A DNA stretch of 54,092 nucleotides from Nemertoderma westbladi (GCA_032718475.1 JAUCBJ010004850.1:1-54092); one strand, 5' to 3'. Positions 1 through 14,200 are shown, numbered from the stretch's first letter. A program made the numbers and translations. The notes: generated by a model from the sequence alone, not told the origin.

Positions 1-2835
1 ACAATATTCCGGTGAGTAACTGAACAATATTCAGGTGAGTAACTGAACAATATTCCGGGGAGTAACTGAACAATATTCCGGTGAGCAACTGAACAATATT
101 CCGGTTAGTAACTGAACAATATTCCGGTGAGTAACTGAACAATATTCAGGTGAGCAACTGAACAATATTCCGGTGAGTAACTGAACAATATTCCTGGGAG
201 TAACTGAACAATATTCCGGTGAGCAACTGAACAATATTCCGGTGAGTAACTGAACAATATTCCGGTGAGTAACTGAACAATATTCCGGTGAGTAACTGAA
301 CAATATTCCGGTGAGCAACTGGACAATATTCCGGTGAGTAACTGAACAATATTCCTGTGAGTAACTGAGCAATATTCCGGTGAGTAACTGAACAATATTC
401 CGGTGAGTAACTGAACAATATTCAGGTGAGCAACTGAACAATATTCCGGTGAGTAACTGAACAATATTCCGGTGAGTAACTGAACAATATTCCGGTGAGA
501 AACTGAACAATATTCCGGTGAGTAACTGAACAATATTCCTGGGAGTAACTGAACAATATTCCGGTGAGTAACTGAACAATATTCCGGTGAGTAACTGAAC
601 AATATTCAGGTGAGCAACTGAACAATATTCCGGTGAGTAACTGAACAATATTCCTGGGAGTAACTGAACAATATTCCGGTGAGCAACTGAACAATATTCC
701 GGTGAGCAACTGAACAATATTCCTGGGAGTAACTGAACAATACTCCGGTGAGTATCTGAACAATATTCCGGTGAGTATCTGAACAATATTCCGGTGAGTA
801 ACTGAACAATATTCCGGTGAGTATCTGAACAATATTCCGGTGAGTAACTGAACAATATTCCGGTGAGTAACTGAACAATATTCCGGTGAGTATCTGAACA
901 ATATTCCGGTGAATAACTGAACAATATTCCGGTGAGCAACTGAACAATATTCCGGTGAGCAACTGAACAATATTCCTGGGAGTAACTGAACAATATTCCT
1001 GGGAGTAACTGAACAATATTCCGGTGAGCAACTGAACAATATTCCGGTGAGCAACTGAACAATATTCCTGGGAGTAACTGAACAATATTCCGGTGAGTAA
1101 CTGAACAATATTCCGGTGAGTATCTGAACAATATTCCGGTGAGTAACTGAACAATATTCCGGTGAGTAACTGAACAATATTCCGGTGAGCAACTGAACAA
1201 TATTCCGGTGAGCAACTGAACAATATTCCTGGGAGTAACTGAACAATATTCCGGTGAGTAACTGAACAATATTCCGGTGAGTATCTGAACAATATTCCGG
1301 TGAGCAACTGAACAATATTCCGGTGAGCAACTGAACAATATTCCTGGGAGTAACTGAACAATATTCCTGGGAGTAACTGAACAATATTCCTGGGAGTAAC
1401 TGAACAATATTCCGGTGAGCAACTGAACAATATTCCGGTGAGCAACTGAACAATATTCCTGGGAGTAACTGAACAATATTCCTGGGAGTAACTGAACAAT
1501 ATTCCGGTGAGCAACTGAACAATATTCCGGTGAGCAACTGAACAATATTCCTGGGAGTAACTGAACAATATTCCGGTGAGTAACTGAACAATATTCCGGT
1601 GAGTATCTGAACAATATTCCGGTGAGCAACTGAACAATATTCCGGTGAGCAACTGAACAATATTCCTGGGAGTAACTGAACAATATTCCTGGGAGTAACT
1701 GAACAATATTCCGGTGAGCAACTGAACAATATTCGGTGAGCAACTGAACAATATTCCTGGGAGTAACTGAACAATATTCCGGTGAGTAACTGAACAATAT
1801 TCCGGTGAGTAACTGAACAATATTCCGGTGAGCAACTGAACAATATTCCGGTGAGCAACTGAACAATATTCCTGGGAGTAACTGAACAATATTCCTGGGA
1901 GTAACTGAACAATATTCCTGGGAGTAACTGAACAATATTCCGGTGAGCAACTGAACAATATTCCGGTGAGCAACTGAACAATATTCCTGGGAGTAACTGA
2001 ACAATATTCCTGGGAGTAACTGAACAATATTCCGGTGAGCAACTGAACAATATTCCGGTGAGCAACTGAACAATATTCCTGGGAGTAACTGAACAATATT
2101 CCGGTGAGTAACTGAACAATATTCCGGTGAGTATCTGAACAATATTCCGGTGAGCAACTGAACAATATTCCGGTGAGCAACTGAACAATATTCCTGGGAG
2201 TAACTGAACAATATTCCTGGGAGTAACTGAACAATATTCCGGTGAGCAACTGAACAATATTCCGGTGAGCAACTGAACAATATTCCTGGGAGTAACTGAA
2301 CAATATTCCGGTGAGTAACTGAACAATATTCCGGTGAGTAACTGAACAATATTCCGGTGAGTATCTGAACAATATTCCGGTGAATAACTGAACAATATTC
2401 CGGTGAGCAACTGAACAATATTCCGGTGAGCAACTGAACAATATTCCTGGGAGTAACTGAACAATACTCCGGTGAGTATCTGAACAATATTCCGGTGAGT
2501 AACTGAACAATATTCCGGTGAGTAACTGAACAATATTCCGGTGAGTAACTGAACAATATTCCGGTGTGTAACTGAATAATATTCCGGTGAGTAACTGAAC
2601 AATATTCCGGTGTGTAACTGAATAATATTCCGGTGAGTAACTGAACAATATTCCAGTGAGTAACTGAACAATATTCCGGTGTGTAGCTGAATAATATTCC
2701 GGTGACTAACTGAACAATATTCCGGTGAGCAACTGAACAATATTCCGGTGAGTAACTGAACAATATTCCGGTGAGCAACTGAACAATATTCCGGTGAGTA
2801 ACTGAACAATATTCCGGTGAGTAACTGAACAATAT
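1..2835 (+). repeat. 23-bp tandem satellite (ACAATATTCCG|GTGAGTAACTGA), about 123 copies, truncated by the window edge
   Basis: Periodicity read directly. Variants include cctgggagt, gtgagcaac and gagtatctg. The array ends about 50 nt before the homeobox-exon acceptor. Confidence 0.98.
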
Positions 2836-2886
2836 CTCGCTCAAGTGATGCGTAAAAACATTTATACGTTTCTTTCGTTATTTTAG

Positions 2887-3113
2887 ATCACGGAGATTCG
2901 ATTAAGGACTCCAGAACCACACGGTTACCACGGTTACGGACAGTTCTAACGGATAACCAATTGGAAACGTTGCGAAACTGTTTCAAATCGAACCCGCGAC
3001 TCGACGCGTCGCTTAGGGAGAAGCTGATATCGCACACCGGGTTGAGCAGCAAAGTGATACGGGTTTGGTTCCAGAATAAAAGATGCAAAGAAAAGAAAAA
3101 ACGTCTACTCGGG
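2887..3113 (+). CDS. Divergent Islet paralogue, homeobox exon (not called in the ORF track; upstream exons lie outside the window)
   Basis: Acceptor ttattttag|, peptide (D)[75 protein letters not shown], donor GGG|GTAAGG. It has the same phase-1 and phase-0 borders as Islet exon 5 and 36/60 homeodomain identity by hand count. Confidence 0.92.
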
Positions 3114-3490
3114 GTAAGGAAATAAAGTAACGCTATCGTAAGGAAATATAGCAAATATATCATTAAGGAAGTAAAGTAAAGATATAGTTGAGGAAATAAA
3201 GTTAAGTTATAGGTGAGGAAATATTGTAAAGTCAATTGGTAAGGAAATATAGTAAAGATATCTGTAAGGAAATAAAGTAAAGATATCGGTAAGGAAATAA
3301 AGTAAAGATATCTGTAAGGAAATAAAGTATAAATATAGGTGAGGAAATGAAGTAAAGTCGTGGGTAAGAAAATAAAGTTATCGGATAGGAAATAAAGTAA
3401 AGCTATCGGTAAGGAAATAAAGTAAAGCTATCGGTAAGGAAATAAAGTAATGTCATCAATGAGGAAGAGTGTAGTTATATGTGAGGAAAT
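3113..3490 (+). repeat. Degenerate ~25-bp minisatellite (GGTAAGGAAATAAAGTAAAGCTATC), about 15 copies
   Basis: Recurring gtaaggaaataaagtaa motif that begins at the homeobox-exon donor. Confidence 0.85.
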
Positions 3491-4473
3491 AACTTAATGT
3501 TAATGGTAATAAAATGTAATATTCATTGGTGAAATAGAATATTGTTATCGGTGAACATGAAAAACGAAACGCTGGATGAAACCAAAAAGCTCATCTCTCT
3601 TGGCTATTCCCTGCAAGGAAAGATGTGTCACACTGACTCACAAGGTTGAATACTCCTTCAACTATCCCACCGTAATCATTCCGAAACTAAGACAAATTTC
3701 AGACGAGTAACTTTACGTAGTGTGTATAAAAAAATTTTGTTAATGATAATATATAATATTATTCAATAAAAATTATTATTTATTATAATAATATAGTTAG
3801 TTTGTAATGAAATAATCTAACTAGTTATACATTAGGTGCTGATTAAAAAATATGCCAATCAATTTTTAACAAAATTAAATCGGAATAAATTAGTTGAATT
3901 CGCATGCCGACTTGGGTTTTACTTGTGGTGTTGTGTTTACGGTTGAACAGTCGTCCCGGCTCGAGATTTAACGTTCCACTCTCCGAGTTCCGCTCCAACG
4001 AGCGAATCTTTACGCTTAATGAACCGAATTTCCCTCCTGTTTCCTGGAACTACCGTCTACAGCATTCCGTGCCCCAGGACTGCCGTGAATACAGCAGGGT
4101 TGGGGGGGGGGGGGGGGGGGGGGGGTAACATTGGCTTAAACATAGAGATGGACGGAAGCATATACTATAGTTACTATCGGAGTTGTTGTGAACCAACTTT
4201 ATGCGGTTTTTGGATCTCTGGAAGATGCATTCGGGTTATCCCTAAAATGATCCAAATTTAATGGATCCAAAGTCAGTTACTTGGGGTTGAACCAGCGTTG
4301 TACAGAACTGCCTATCCTTAAACAACAGCGCGCAAGTTCATAATAATATGATGGAGGTGGGGGTGGGGGGGGGGGGGGGGTGGGTCCCGACTTAATTAGT
4401 AGTTGCCGCAAATACGCCGACCCTTGTGTATTTTAATAATTATTTATAATAAGAATTTTTTGATTTTCTGCAG

Positions 4474-4662
4474 CCTTTGCTTCCAAACGGAATTGGTATA
4501 ACAACCTCAAGTTCTGCACACCGGAAACAATATCCCCATGACAACCACAATGAAGGACAGTCCAATCAAATAGGACATTCTTGGGGTCAACCATTGTTAT
4601 CCAACAAATGGAATGAAAGCTGGAAGAAAAATAGTTCATTCAATGGAAATACTAACCTGAAT
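4474..4662 (+). CDS. Islet paralogue, exon homologous to the LBD exon (189 nt)
   Basis: Acceptor ttttctgcag|, donor AAT|GTAAGG, phase 0/0. GIGITTSSSAHRKQYPHDNHNEGQSNQ aligns without gaps to Islet [27 protein letters not shown] (9/27 identical), and the length is close (189 vs 186 nt). Confidence 0.75.
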
Positions 4663-5216
4663 GTAAGGCTCGCCCCATTCTTTATCGCCTTTTATCAAAG
4701 AATTATATTCTATTGGAATCGATTTATTTATATATCAAAGTATCATTATGAATAAATGATATATTAGCGATTCAATAATTTACATAGCCAATTAGCTTTA
4801 GTATATAAGAATAGCTTCTCACACCGCTGGGTGTTAAACATTCCTAATGAATTCAATCTCTTCAGATCGGAGTCCGATAGTCGGCCGTGCGGAAATTAAA
4901 ACTATTAATTTCTTAAATAAATATCCCAATCCAAGAATCGCTGATATCCTGTCTCCGCTAATTGCACTATCAGGATAGCTGTGTGTGTATAGTGTAGCGG
5001 CATACAGCTACCTGTACTATTCAATGTATTTCCGAGATTCATCTTTATCTAATTCGCTTAAGGATTCGATTAAAACCTAAGGTATTTGACTCAGGCAGAT
5101 AGAACATTATATCGAACAACTATATTGAAAGTTGGATGCAAATGTGACCCGGTCCTAAGATAGTATTTGACATGAGTAAAAGTCCAGGTCGGCAGCTACA
5201 AACCAAACCAATAAAT

Positions 5217-8200
5217 ATAAGATATGCTGCTGTAGCTTTAATTCTTTATAAGATATGCTGCTGTAGCTTTATGTCTTTATAAGATATGCTGCTGTAGCTT
5301 TCTGTCTTTATAAGATATGCTGCTGTAGCTTTCTGTCTTTATAAGATATGCTGCTGTGGCTTTCTGTCTTTATAAGATATGCTGCTGTAGCTTTCTGTCT
5401 TTATAAGATATGCTGCTGTAGCTTTATGACTTTATAAGATATGCTGCTGTGGCTTTCTGTCTTTATAAGATATGCTGCTGTAGCTTTATGTCTTTATAAG
5501 ATATGCTGCTGTAGCTTTCTGTCTTTATAAGATATGCTGCTGTAGCTTTCTGTCTTTATAAGATATGCTGCTGTAGCTTTCTGTCTTTATAAGATATGCT
5601 GCTGTAGCTTTCTGTCTTTATAAGATATGCTGCTGTAGCTTTCTGTCTTTATAAGATATGCTGCTGTAGCTTTAATTCTTTATAAGATATGCTGCTGTAG
5701 CTTTCTGTCTTTATAAGATATGCTGCTGTAGCTTTCTGTCTTTATAAGATATGCTGCTGTAGCTTTCTGTCTTTATAAGATATGCTGCTGTAGCTTTCTG
5801 TCTTTATAAGATATGCTGCTGTAGCTTTCTGTCTTTATAAGATATGCTGCTGTAGCTTTCTGTCTTTATAAGATATGCTGCTGTAGCTTTCTGTCTTTAT
5901 AAGATATGCTGCTGTAGCTTTCTGTCTTTATAAGATATGCTGCTGTAGCTTTCTGTCTTTATAAGATATGCTGCTGTAGCTTTCTGTCTTTATAAGATAT
6001 GCTGCTGTAGCTTTCTGTCTTTATAAGATATGCTGCTGTAGCTTTCTGTCTTTATAAGATATGCTGCTGTAGCTTTCTGTCTTTATAAGATATGCTGCTG
6101 TAGCTTTCTGTCTTTATAAGATATGCTGCTGTAGCTTTCTGTCTTTATAAGATATGCTGCTGTAGCTTTAATTCTTTATAAGATATGCTGCTGTAGCTTT
6201 CTGTCTTTATAAGATATGCTGCTGTAGCTTTCTGTCTTTATAAGATATGCTGCTGTAGCTTTCTGTCTTTATAAGATATGCTGCTGTAGCTTTCTGTCTT
6301 TATAAGATATGCTGCTGTAGCTTTCTGTCTTTATAAGATATGCTGCTGTAGCTTTCTGTCTTTATAAGATATGCTGCTGTAGCTTTCTGTCTTTATAAGA
6401 TATGCTGCTGTAGCTTTATGTCTTTATAAGATATGCTGCTGTAGCTTTCTGTCTTTATAAGATATGCTGCTGTAGCTTTCTGTCTTTATAAGATATGCTG
6501 CTGTAGCTTTCTGTCTTTATAAGATATGCTGCTGTAGCTTTCTGTCTTTATAAGATATGCTGCTGTAGCTTTCTGTCTTTATAAGATATGCTGCTGTAGC
6601 TTTCTGTCTTTATAAGATATGCTGCTGTAGCTTTCTGTCTTTATAAGATATGCTGCTGTAGCTTTCTGTCTTTATAAGATATGCTGCTGTAGCTTTCTGT
6701 CTTTATAAGATATGCTGCTGTAGCTTTCTGTCTTTATAAGATATGCTGCTGTAGCTTTCTGTCTTTATAAGATATGCTGCTGTAGCTTTCTGTCTTTATA
6801 AGATATGCTGCTGTAGCTTTCTGTCTTTATAAGATATGCTGCTGTAGCTTTCTGTCTTTATAAGATATGCTGCTGTAGCTTTCTGTCTTTATAAGATATG
6901 CTGCTGTAGCTTTCTGTCTTTATAAGATATGCTGCTGTAGCTTTCTGTCTTTATAAGATATGCTGCTGTAGCTTTATGTCTTTATAAGATATGCTGCTGT
7001 AGCTTTCTGTCTTTATAAGATATGCTGCTGTAGCTTTATGTCTTTATAAGATATGCTGCTGTAGCTTTATGTCTTTATAAGATATGCTGCTGTAGCTTTC
7101 TGTCTTTATAAGATATGCTGCTGTAGCTTTCTGTCTTTATAAGATATGCTGCTGTAGCTTTATGTCTTTATAAGATATGCTGCTGTAGCTTTCTGTCTTT
7201 ATAAGATATGCTGCTGTAGCTTTATGTCTTTATAAGATATGCTGCTGTAGCTTTATGTCTTTATAAGATATGCTGCTGTGGCTTTCTGTCTTTATAAGAT
7301 ATGCTGCTGTAGCTTTCTGTCTTTATAAGATATGCTGCTGTAGCTTTCTGTCTTTATAAGATATGCTGCTGTAGCTTTATGTCTTTATAAGATATGCTGC
7401 TGTAGCTTTATGTCTTTATAAGATATGCTGCTGTAGCTTTCTGTCTTTATAAGATATGCTGCTGTAGCTTTATGTCTTTATAAGATATGCTGCTGTAGCT
7501 TTCTGTCTTTATAAGATATGCTGCTGTAGCTTTCTGTCTTTATAAGATATGCTGCTGTAGCTTTATGTCTTTATAAGATATGCTGCTGTAGCTTTATGTC
7601 TTTATAAGATATGCTGCTGTAGCTTTCTGTCTTTATAAGATATGCTGCTGTAGCTTTCTGTCTTTATAAGATATGCTGCTGTAGCTTTATGTCTTTATAA
7701 GATATGCTGCTGTAGCTTTCTGTCTTTATAAGATATGCTGCTGTAGCTTTCTGTCTTTATAAGATATGCTGCTGTAGCTTTCTGTCTTTATAAGATATGC
7801 TGCTGTAGCTTTCTGTCTTTATAAGATATGCTGCTGTAGCTTTATGTCTTTATAAGATATGCTGCTGTAGCTTTCTGTCTTTATAAGATATGCTGCTGTA
7901 GCTTTATGTCTTTATAAGATATGCTGCTGTAGCTTTCTGTCTTTATAAGATATGCTGCTGTAGCTTTCTGTCTTTATAAGATATGCTGCTGTAGCTTTCT
8001 GTCTTTATAAGATATGCTGCTGTAGCTTTCTGTCTTTATAAGATATGCTGCTGTAGCTTTATGTCTTTATAAGATATGCTGCTGTGGCTTTCTGTCTTTA
8101 TAAGATATGCTGCTGTAGCTTTCTGTCTTTATAAGATATGCTGCTGTAGCTTTCTGTCTTTATAAGATATGCTGCTGTAGCTTTCTGACTTTATAAGATA

Positions 8201-11200
8201 TGCTGCTGTAGCTTTCTGTCTTTATAAGATATGCTGCTGTAGCTTTCTGTCTTTATAAGATATGCTGCTGTAGCTTTCTGTCTTTATAAGATATGCTGCT
8301 GTAGCTTTCTGTCTTTATAAGATATGCTGCTGTAGCTTTCTGTCTTTATAAGATATGCTGCTGTAGCTTTCTGTCTTTATAAGATATGCTGCTGTAGCTT
8401 TCTGACTTTATAAGATATGCTGCTGTAGCTTTCTGTCTTTATAAGATATGCTGCTGTAGCTTTCTGTCTTTATAAGATATGCTGCTGTAGCTTTCTGTCT
8501 TTATAAGATATGCTGCTGTAGCTTTAATTCTTTATAAGATATGCTGCTGTGGCTTTCTGTCTTTATAAGATATGCTGCTGTAGCTTTCTGTCTTTATAAG
8601 ATATGCTGCTGTAGCTTTAATTCTTTATAAGATATGCTGCTGTGGCTTTCTGTCTTTATAAGATATGCTGCTGTAGCTTTCTGACTTTATAAGATATGCT
8701 GCTGTAGCTTTCTGTCTTTATAAGATATGCTGCTGTAGCTTTAATTCTTTATAAGATATGCTGCTGTGGCTTTCTGTCTTTATAAGATATGCTGCTGTAG
8801 CTTTCTGACTTTATAAGATATGCTGCTGTAGCTTTCTGTCTTTATAAGATATGCTGATGTAGCTTTCTGTCTTTATAAGATATGCTGCTGTAGCTTTAAT
8901 TCTTTATAAGATATGCTGCTGTGGCTTTCTGTCTTTATAAGATATGCTGCTGTAGCTTTCTGACTTTATAAGATATGCTGCTGTAGCTTTCTGTCTTTAT
9001 AAGATATGCTGCTGTAGCTTTCTGTCTTTATAAGATATGCTGCTGTGGCTTTCTGTCTTTATAAGATATGCTGCTGTAGCTTTCTGTCTTTATAAGATAT
9101 GCTGCTGTAACTTTCTGTCTTTATAAGATATGCTGCTGTAGCTTTCTGTCTTTATAAGATATGCTGATGTAGCTTTCTGTCTTTATAAGATATGCTGCTG
9201 TAGCTTTCTGTCTTTATAAGATATGCTGCTGTAGCTTTCTGTCTTTATAAGATATGCTGCTGTAGCTTTCTGTCTTTATAAGATATGCTGCTGTGGCTTT
9301 CTGTCTTTATAAGATATGCTGCTTTAGCTTGCTGTCTTTATAAGATATGCTGCTGAGGCTTTCTGTCTTTATAAGATATGCTGCTGTAGCTTTCTGTCTT
9401 TATAAGATATTCTGCTGTAGCTTTCTGTCTTTATAAGATATGCTGCTGTAGCTTTCTGTCTTTATAAGATATGCTGCTGTAGCTTTCTGTCTTTATAAGA
9501 TATGCTGCTGTAGCTTTCTGTCTTTATAAGATATGCTGATGTGGCTTTCTGTCTTTATAAGATATGCTGCTGTAGCTTTCTGTCTTTATAAGATATGCTG
9601 CTGTAGCTTTCTGTCTTTATAAGATATGCTGCTGTAGCTTTCTGTCTTTATAAGATATGCTGCTGTAGCTTTCTGTCTTTATAAGATATGCTCCTGTAGC
9701 TTTCTGTCTTTATAAGATATGCTGCTGTAGCTTTCTGTCTTTATAAGATATGCTGCTGTAGCTTTCTGTCTTTATAAGATATGCTGCTGTAGCTTTTTGT
9801 CTTTATAAGATATGCTGCTGTAGCTTTCTGTCTTTATAAGATATGCTGCTGTAGCTTTCTGTCTTTATAAGATATGCTGCTGTAGCTTTATGTCTTTATA
9901 AGATATGCTGCTGTGGCTTTCTGTCTTTATAAGATATGCTGCTGTAGCTTTCTGTCTTTATAAGATATGCTGCTGTAGCTTTCTGTCTTTATAAGATATG
10001 CTGCTGTAGCTTTATGTCTTTATAAGATATGCTGCTGTAACTTTCTGTCTTTATAAGATATGCTGCTGTAGCTTTCTGTCTTTATAAGATATGCTGCTGT
10101 AGCTTTATGTCTTTATAAGATATGCTGCTGTAACTTTCTGTCTTTATAAGATATGCTGCTGTAGCTTTCTGTCTTTATAAGATATGCTGATGTAGCTTTC
10201 TGTCTTTATAAGATATGCTGCTGTAGCTTTCTGTCTTTATAAGATATGCTGCTGTAGCTTTATGTCTTTATAAGATATGCTGCTGTAGATTTCTGTCTTT
10301 ATAAGATATGCTGCTGTAGCTTTCTGTCTTTATAAGATATGCTGCTGTAGCTTTCTGTCTTTATAAGATATGCTGCTGTAGCTTTCTGTCTTTATAAGAT
10401 ATGCTGCTGTAGCTTTATGTCTTTATAAGATATGCTGCTGTAACTTTCTGTCTTTATAAGATATGCTGCTGTAGCTTTCTGTCTTTATAAGATATGCTGA
10501 TGTAGCTTTCTGTCTTTATAAGATATGCTGCTGTAGCTTTCTGTCTTGATAAGATATGCTGCTGTAGCTTTATGTCTTTATAAGATATGCTGCTGTAGAT
10601 TTCTGTCTTTATAAGATATGCTGCTGTAGCTTTCTGTCTTTATAAGATATGCTGCTGTAGCTTTCTGTCTTTATAAGATATGCTGCTGTGGCTTTCTGTC
10701 TTTATAAGATATGCTGCTGTAGCTTTCTGTCTTTATAAGATATGCTGCTGTAACTTTCTGTCTTTATAAGATATGCTGCTGTAGCTTTCTGTCTTTATAA
10801 GATATGCTGATGTAGCTTTCTGTCTTTATAAGATATGCTGCTGTAGCTTTCTGTCTTTATAAGATATGCTGCTGTAGCTTTCTGTCTTTATAAGATATGC
10901 TGCTGTAGCTTTCTGTCTTTATAAGATATGCTGCTGTGGCTTTCTGTCTTTATAAGATATGCTGCTTTAGCTTGCTGTCTTTATAAGATATGCTGCTGAG
11001 GCTTTCTGTCTTTATAAGATATGCTGCTGTAGCTTTCTGTCTTTATAAGATATTCTGCTGTAGCTTTCTGTCTTTATTAGATATGCTGCTGTAGCTTACT
11101 GTCTTTATAAGATATGCTGCTGTAGCTTTCTGTCTTTATAAGATATGCTGCTGTAGCTTTCTGTCTTTATAAGATATGCTGATGTGGCTTTCTGTCTTTA

Positions 11201-14200
11201 TAAGATATGCTGCTGAAGCTTTCTGTCTTTATAAGATATGCTGCTGTAGCTTTCTGTCTTTATAAGATATGCTGCTGTAGCTTTCTGTCTTTATAAGATA
11301 TGCTGCTGTAGCTTTCTGTCTTTATAAGATATGCTCCTGTAGCTTTCTGTCTTTATAAGATATGCTGCTGTAGCTTTCTGTCTTTATAAGATATGCTGCT
11401 GTAGCTTTCCGTCTTTATAAGATATGCTGCTGTAGCTTTTTGTCTTTATAAGATATGCTGCTGTAGCTTTCTGTCTTTATAAGATATGCTGCTGTAGCTT
11501 TCTGTCTTTATAAGATATGCTGCTGTAGCTTTCTGTCTTTATAAGATATGCTGCTGTGACTTTCTGTCTTTATAAGATATGCGGCTGTAGCTTTCTGTCT
11601 TTATAAGATATGCTGCTGTAGCTTTCTGTCTTTATAAGATATGCTGCTGTAGCTTTCTGTCTTTATAAGATATGCTGCTGTAGCTTTCTGTCTTTATAAG
11701 ATATGCTGCTGTAGCTTTCTGTCTTTATAAGATATGCTGCTGTAGCTTTCTGTCTTTATAAGATATGCTGCTGTAGCTTTCTGTCTTTATAAGATATGCT
11801 GCTGTAGCTTTCTGTCTTTATAAGATATGCTGCTGTGGCTTTCTGTCTTTATAAGATATGTTGCTGTAGCTTTCTGTCTTTATAAGATATGCTGCTGTAG
11901 CTTTCTGTCTTTATAAGATATGCTGCTGTAGCTTTCTGTCTTTATAAGATATGCTGCTGTAGCTTTCTGTCTTTATAAGATATGCTGCTGTAGCTTTCTG
12001 TCTTTATAAGATATGCTGCTGTAGCTTTCTGTCTTTATAAGATATGCTGCTGTGGCTTTCTGTCTTTATAAGATATGTTGCTGTAGCTTTCTGTCTTTAT
12101 AAGATATGCTGCTGTGGCTTTCTGTCTTTATAAGATATGTTGCTGTAGCTTTCTGTCTTTATAAGATATGCTGCTGTAGCTTTCTGTCTTTATAAGATAT
12201 GCTGCTGTAGCTTTCTGTCTTTATAAGATATGCTGCTGTAGCTTTCTGTCTTTATAAGATATGCTGCTGTAGCTTTCTGTCTTTATAAGATATGCTGCTG
12301 TAGCTTTAATTCTTTATAAGATATGCTGCTGTAGCTTTCTGTCTTTATAAGATATGCTGCTGTGGCTTTATGTCTTTATAAGATATGCTGCTGTGGCTTT
12401 CTGTCTTTATAAGATATGCTGCTGTAGCTTTATGTCTTTATAAGATATGCTGCTGTAGCTTTCTGTCTTTATAAGATATGCTGCTGTAGCTTTAATTCTT
12501 TATAAGATATGCTGCTGTAGCTTTCTGTCTTTATAAGATATGCTGCTGTGGCTTTATGTCTTTATAAGATATGCTGCTGTGGCTTTCTGTCTTTATAAGA
12601 TATGCTGCTGTAGCTTTATGTCTTTATAAGATATGCTGCTGTAGCTTTCTGTCTTTATAAGATATGCTGCTGTAGCTTTAATTCTTTATAAGATATGCTG
12701 CTGTAGCTTTCTGTCTTTATAAGATATGCTGCTGTGGCTTTATGTCTTTATAAGATATGCTGCTGTGGCTTTCTGTCTTTATAAGATATGCTGCTGTAGC
12801 TTTCTGTCTTTATAAGATATGCTCCTGTAGCTTTCTGTCTTTATAAGATATGCTGCTGTAGCTTTCTGTCTTTATAAGATATGCTGCTGTAGCTTTCTGT
12901 CTTTATAAGATATGCTGCTGTAGCTTTTTGTCTTTATAAGATATGCTGCTGTAGCTTTCTGTCTTTATAAGATATGCTGCTGTAGCTTTCTGTCTTTATA
13001 AGATATGCTGCTGTAGCTTTATGTCTTTATAAGATATGCTGCTGTGGCTTTCTGTCTTTATAAGATATGCTGCTGTAGCTTTCTGTCTTTATAAGATATG
13101 CTGCTGTAGCTTTCTGTCTTTATAAGATATGCTGCTGTAGCTTTATGTCTTTATAAGATATGCTGCTGTAACTTTCTGTCTTTATAAGATATGCTGCTGT
13201 AGCTTTCTGTCTTTATAAGATATGCTGCTGTAGCTTTATGTCTTTATAAGATATGCTGCTGTAACTTTCTGTCTTTATAAGATATGCTGCTGTAGCTTTC
13301 TGTCTTTATAAGATATGCTGATGTAGCTTTCTGTCTTTATAAGATATGCTGCTGTAGCTTTCTGTCTTTATAAGATATGCTGCTGTAGCTTTATGTCTTT
13401 ATAAGATATGCTGCTGTAGATTTCTGTCTTTATAAGATATGCTGCTGTAGCTTTCTGTCTTTATAAGATATGCTGCTGTAGCTTTCTGTCTTTATAAGAT
13501 ATGCTGCTGTAGCTTTCTGTCTTTATAAGATATGCTGCTGTAGCTTTATGTCTTTATAAGATATGCTGCTGTAACTTTCTGTCTTTATAAGATATGCTGC
13601 TGTAGCTTTCTGTCTTTATAAGATATGCTGATGTAGCTTTCTGTCTTTATAAGATATGCTGCTGTAGCTTTCTGTCTTGATAAGATATGCTGCTGTAGCT
13701 TTATGTCTTTATAAGATATGCTGCTGTAGATTTCTGTCTTTATAAGATATGCTGCTGTAGCTTTCTGTCTTTATAAGATATGCTGCTGTAGCTTTCTGTC
13801 TTTATAAGATATGCTGCTGTGGCTTTCTGTCTTTATAAGATATGCTGCTGTAGCTTTCTGTCTTTATAAGATATGCTGCTGTAACTTTCTGTCTTTATAA
13901 GATATGCTGCTGTAGCTTTCTGTCTTTATAAGATATGCTGATGTAGCTTTCTGTCTTTATAAGATATGCTGCTGTAGCTTTCTGTCTTTATAAGATATGC
14001 TGCTGTAGCTTTCTGTCTTTATAAGATATGCTGCTGTAGCTTTCTGTCTTTATAAGATATGCTGCTGTGGCTTTCTGTCTTTATAAGATATGCTGCTTTA
14101 GCTTGCTGTCTTTATAAGATATGCTGCTGAGGCTTTCTGTCTTTATAAGATATGCTGCTGTAGCTTTCTGTCTTTATAAGATATTCTGCTGTAGCTTTCT

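Noticed and set aside
31-2844. Long minus-strand ORFs of 680-937 aa
   Set aside because: They are translations of a 23-bp satellite that is largely stop-free on that strand. All three frames give the same peptide, and the ORFs are antisense to an intron.
2888-3235. 115-aa minus-strand ORF
   Set aside because: It is the antisense shadow of the plus-strand homeobox exon.
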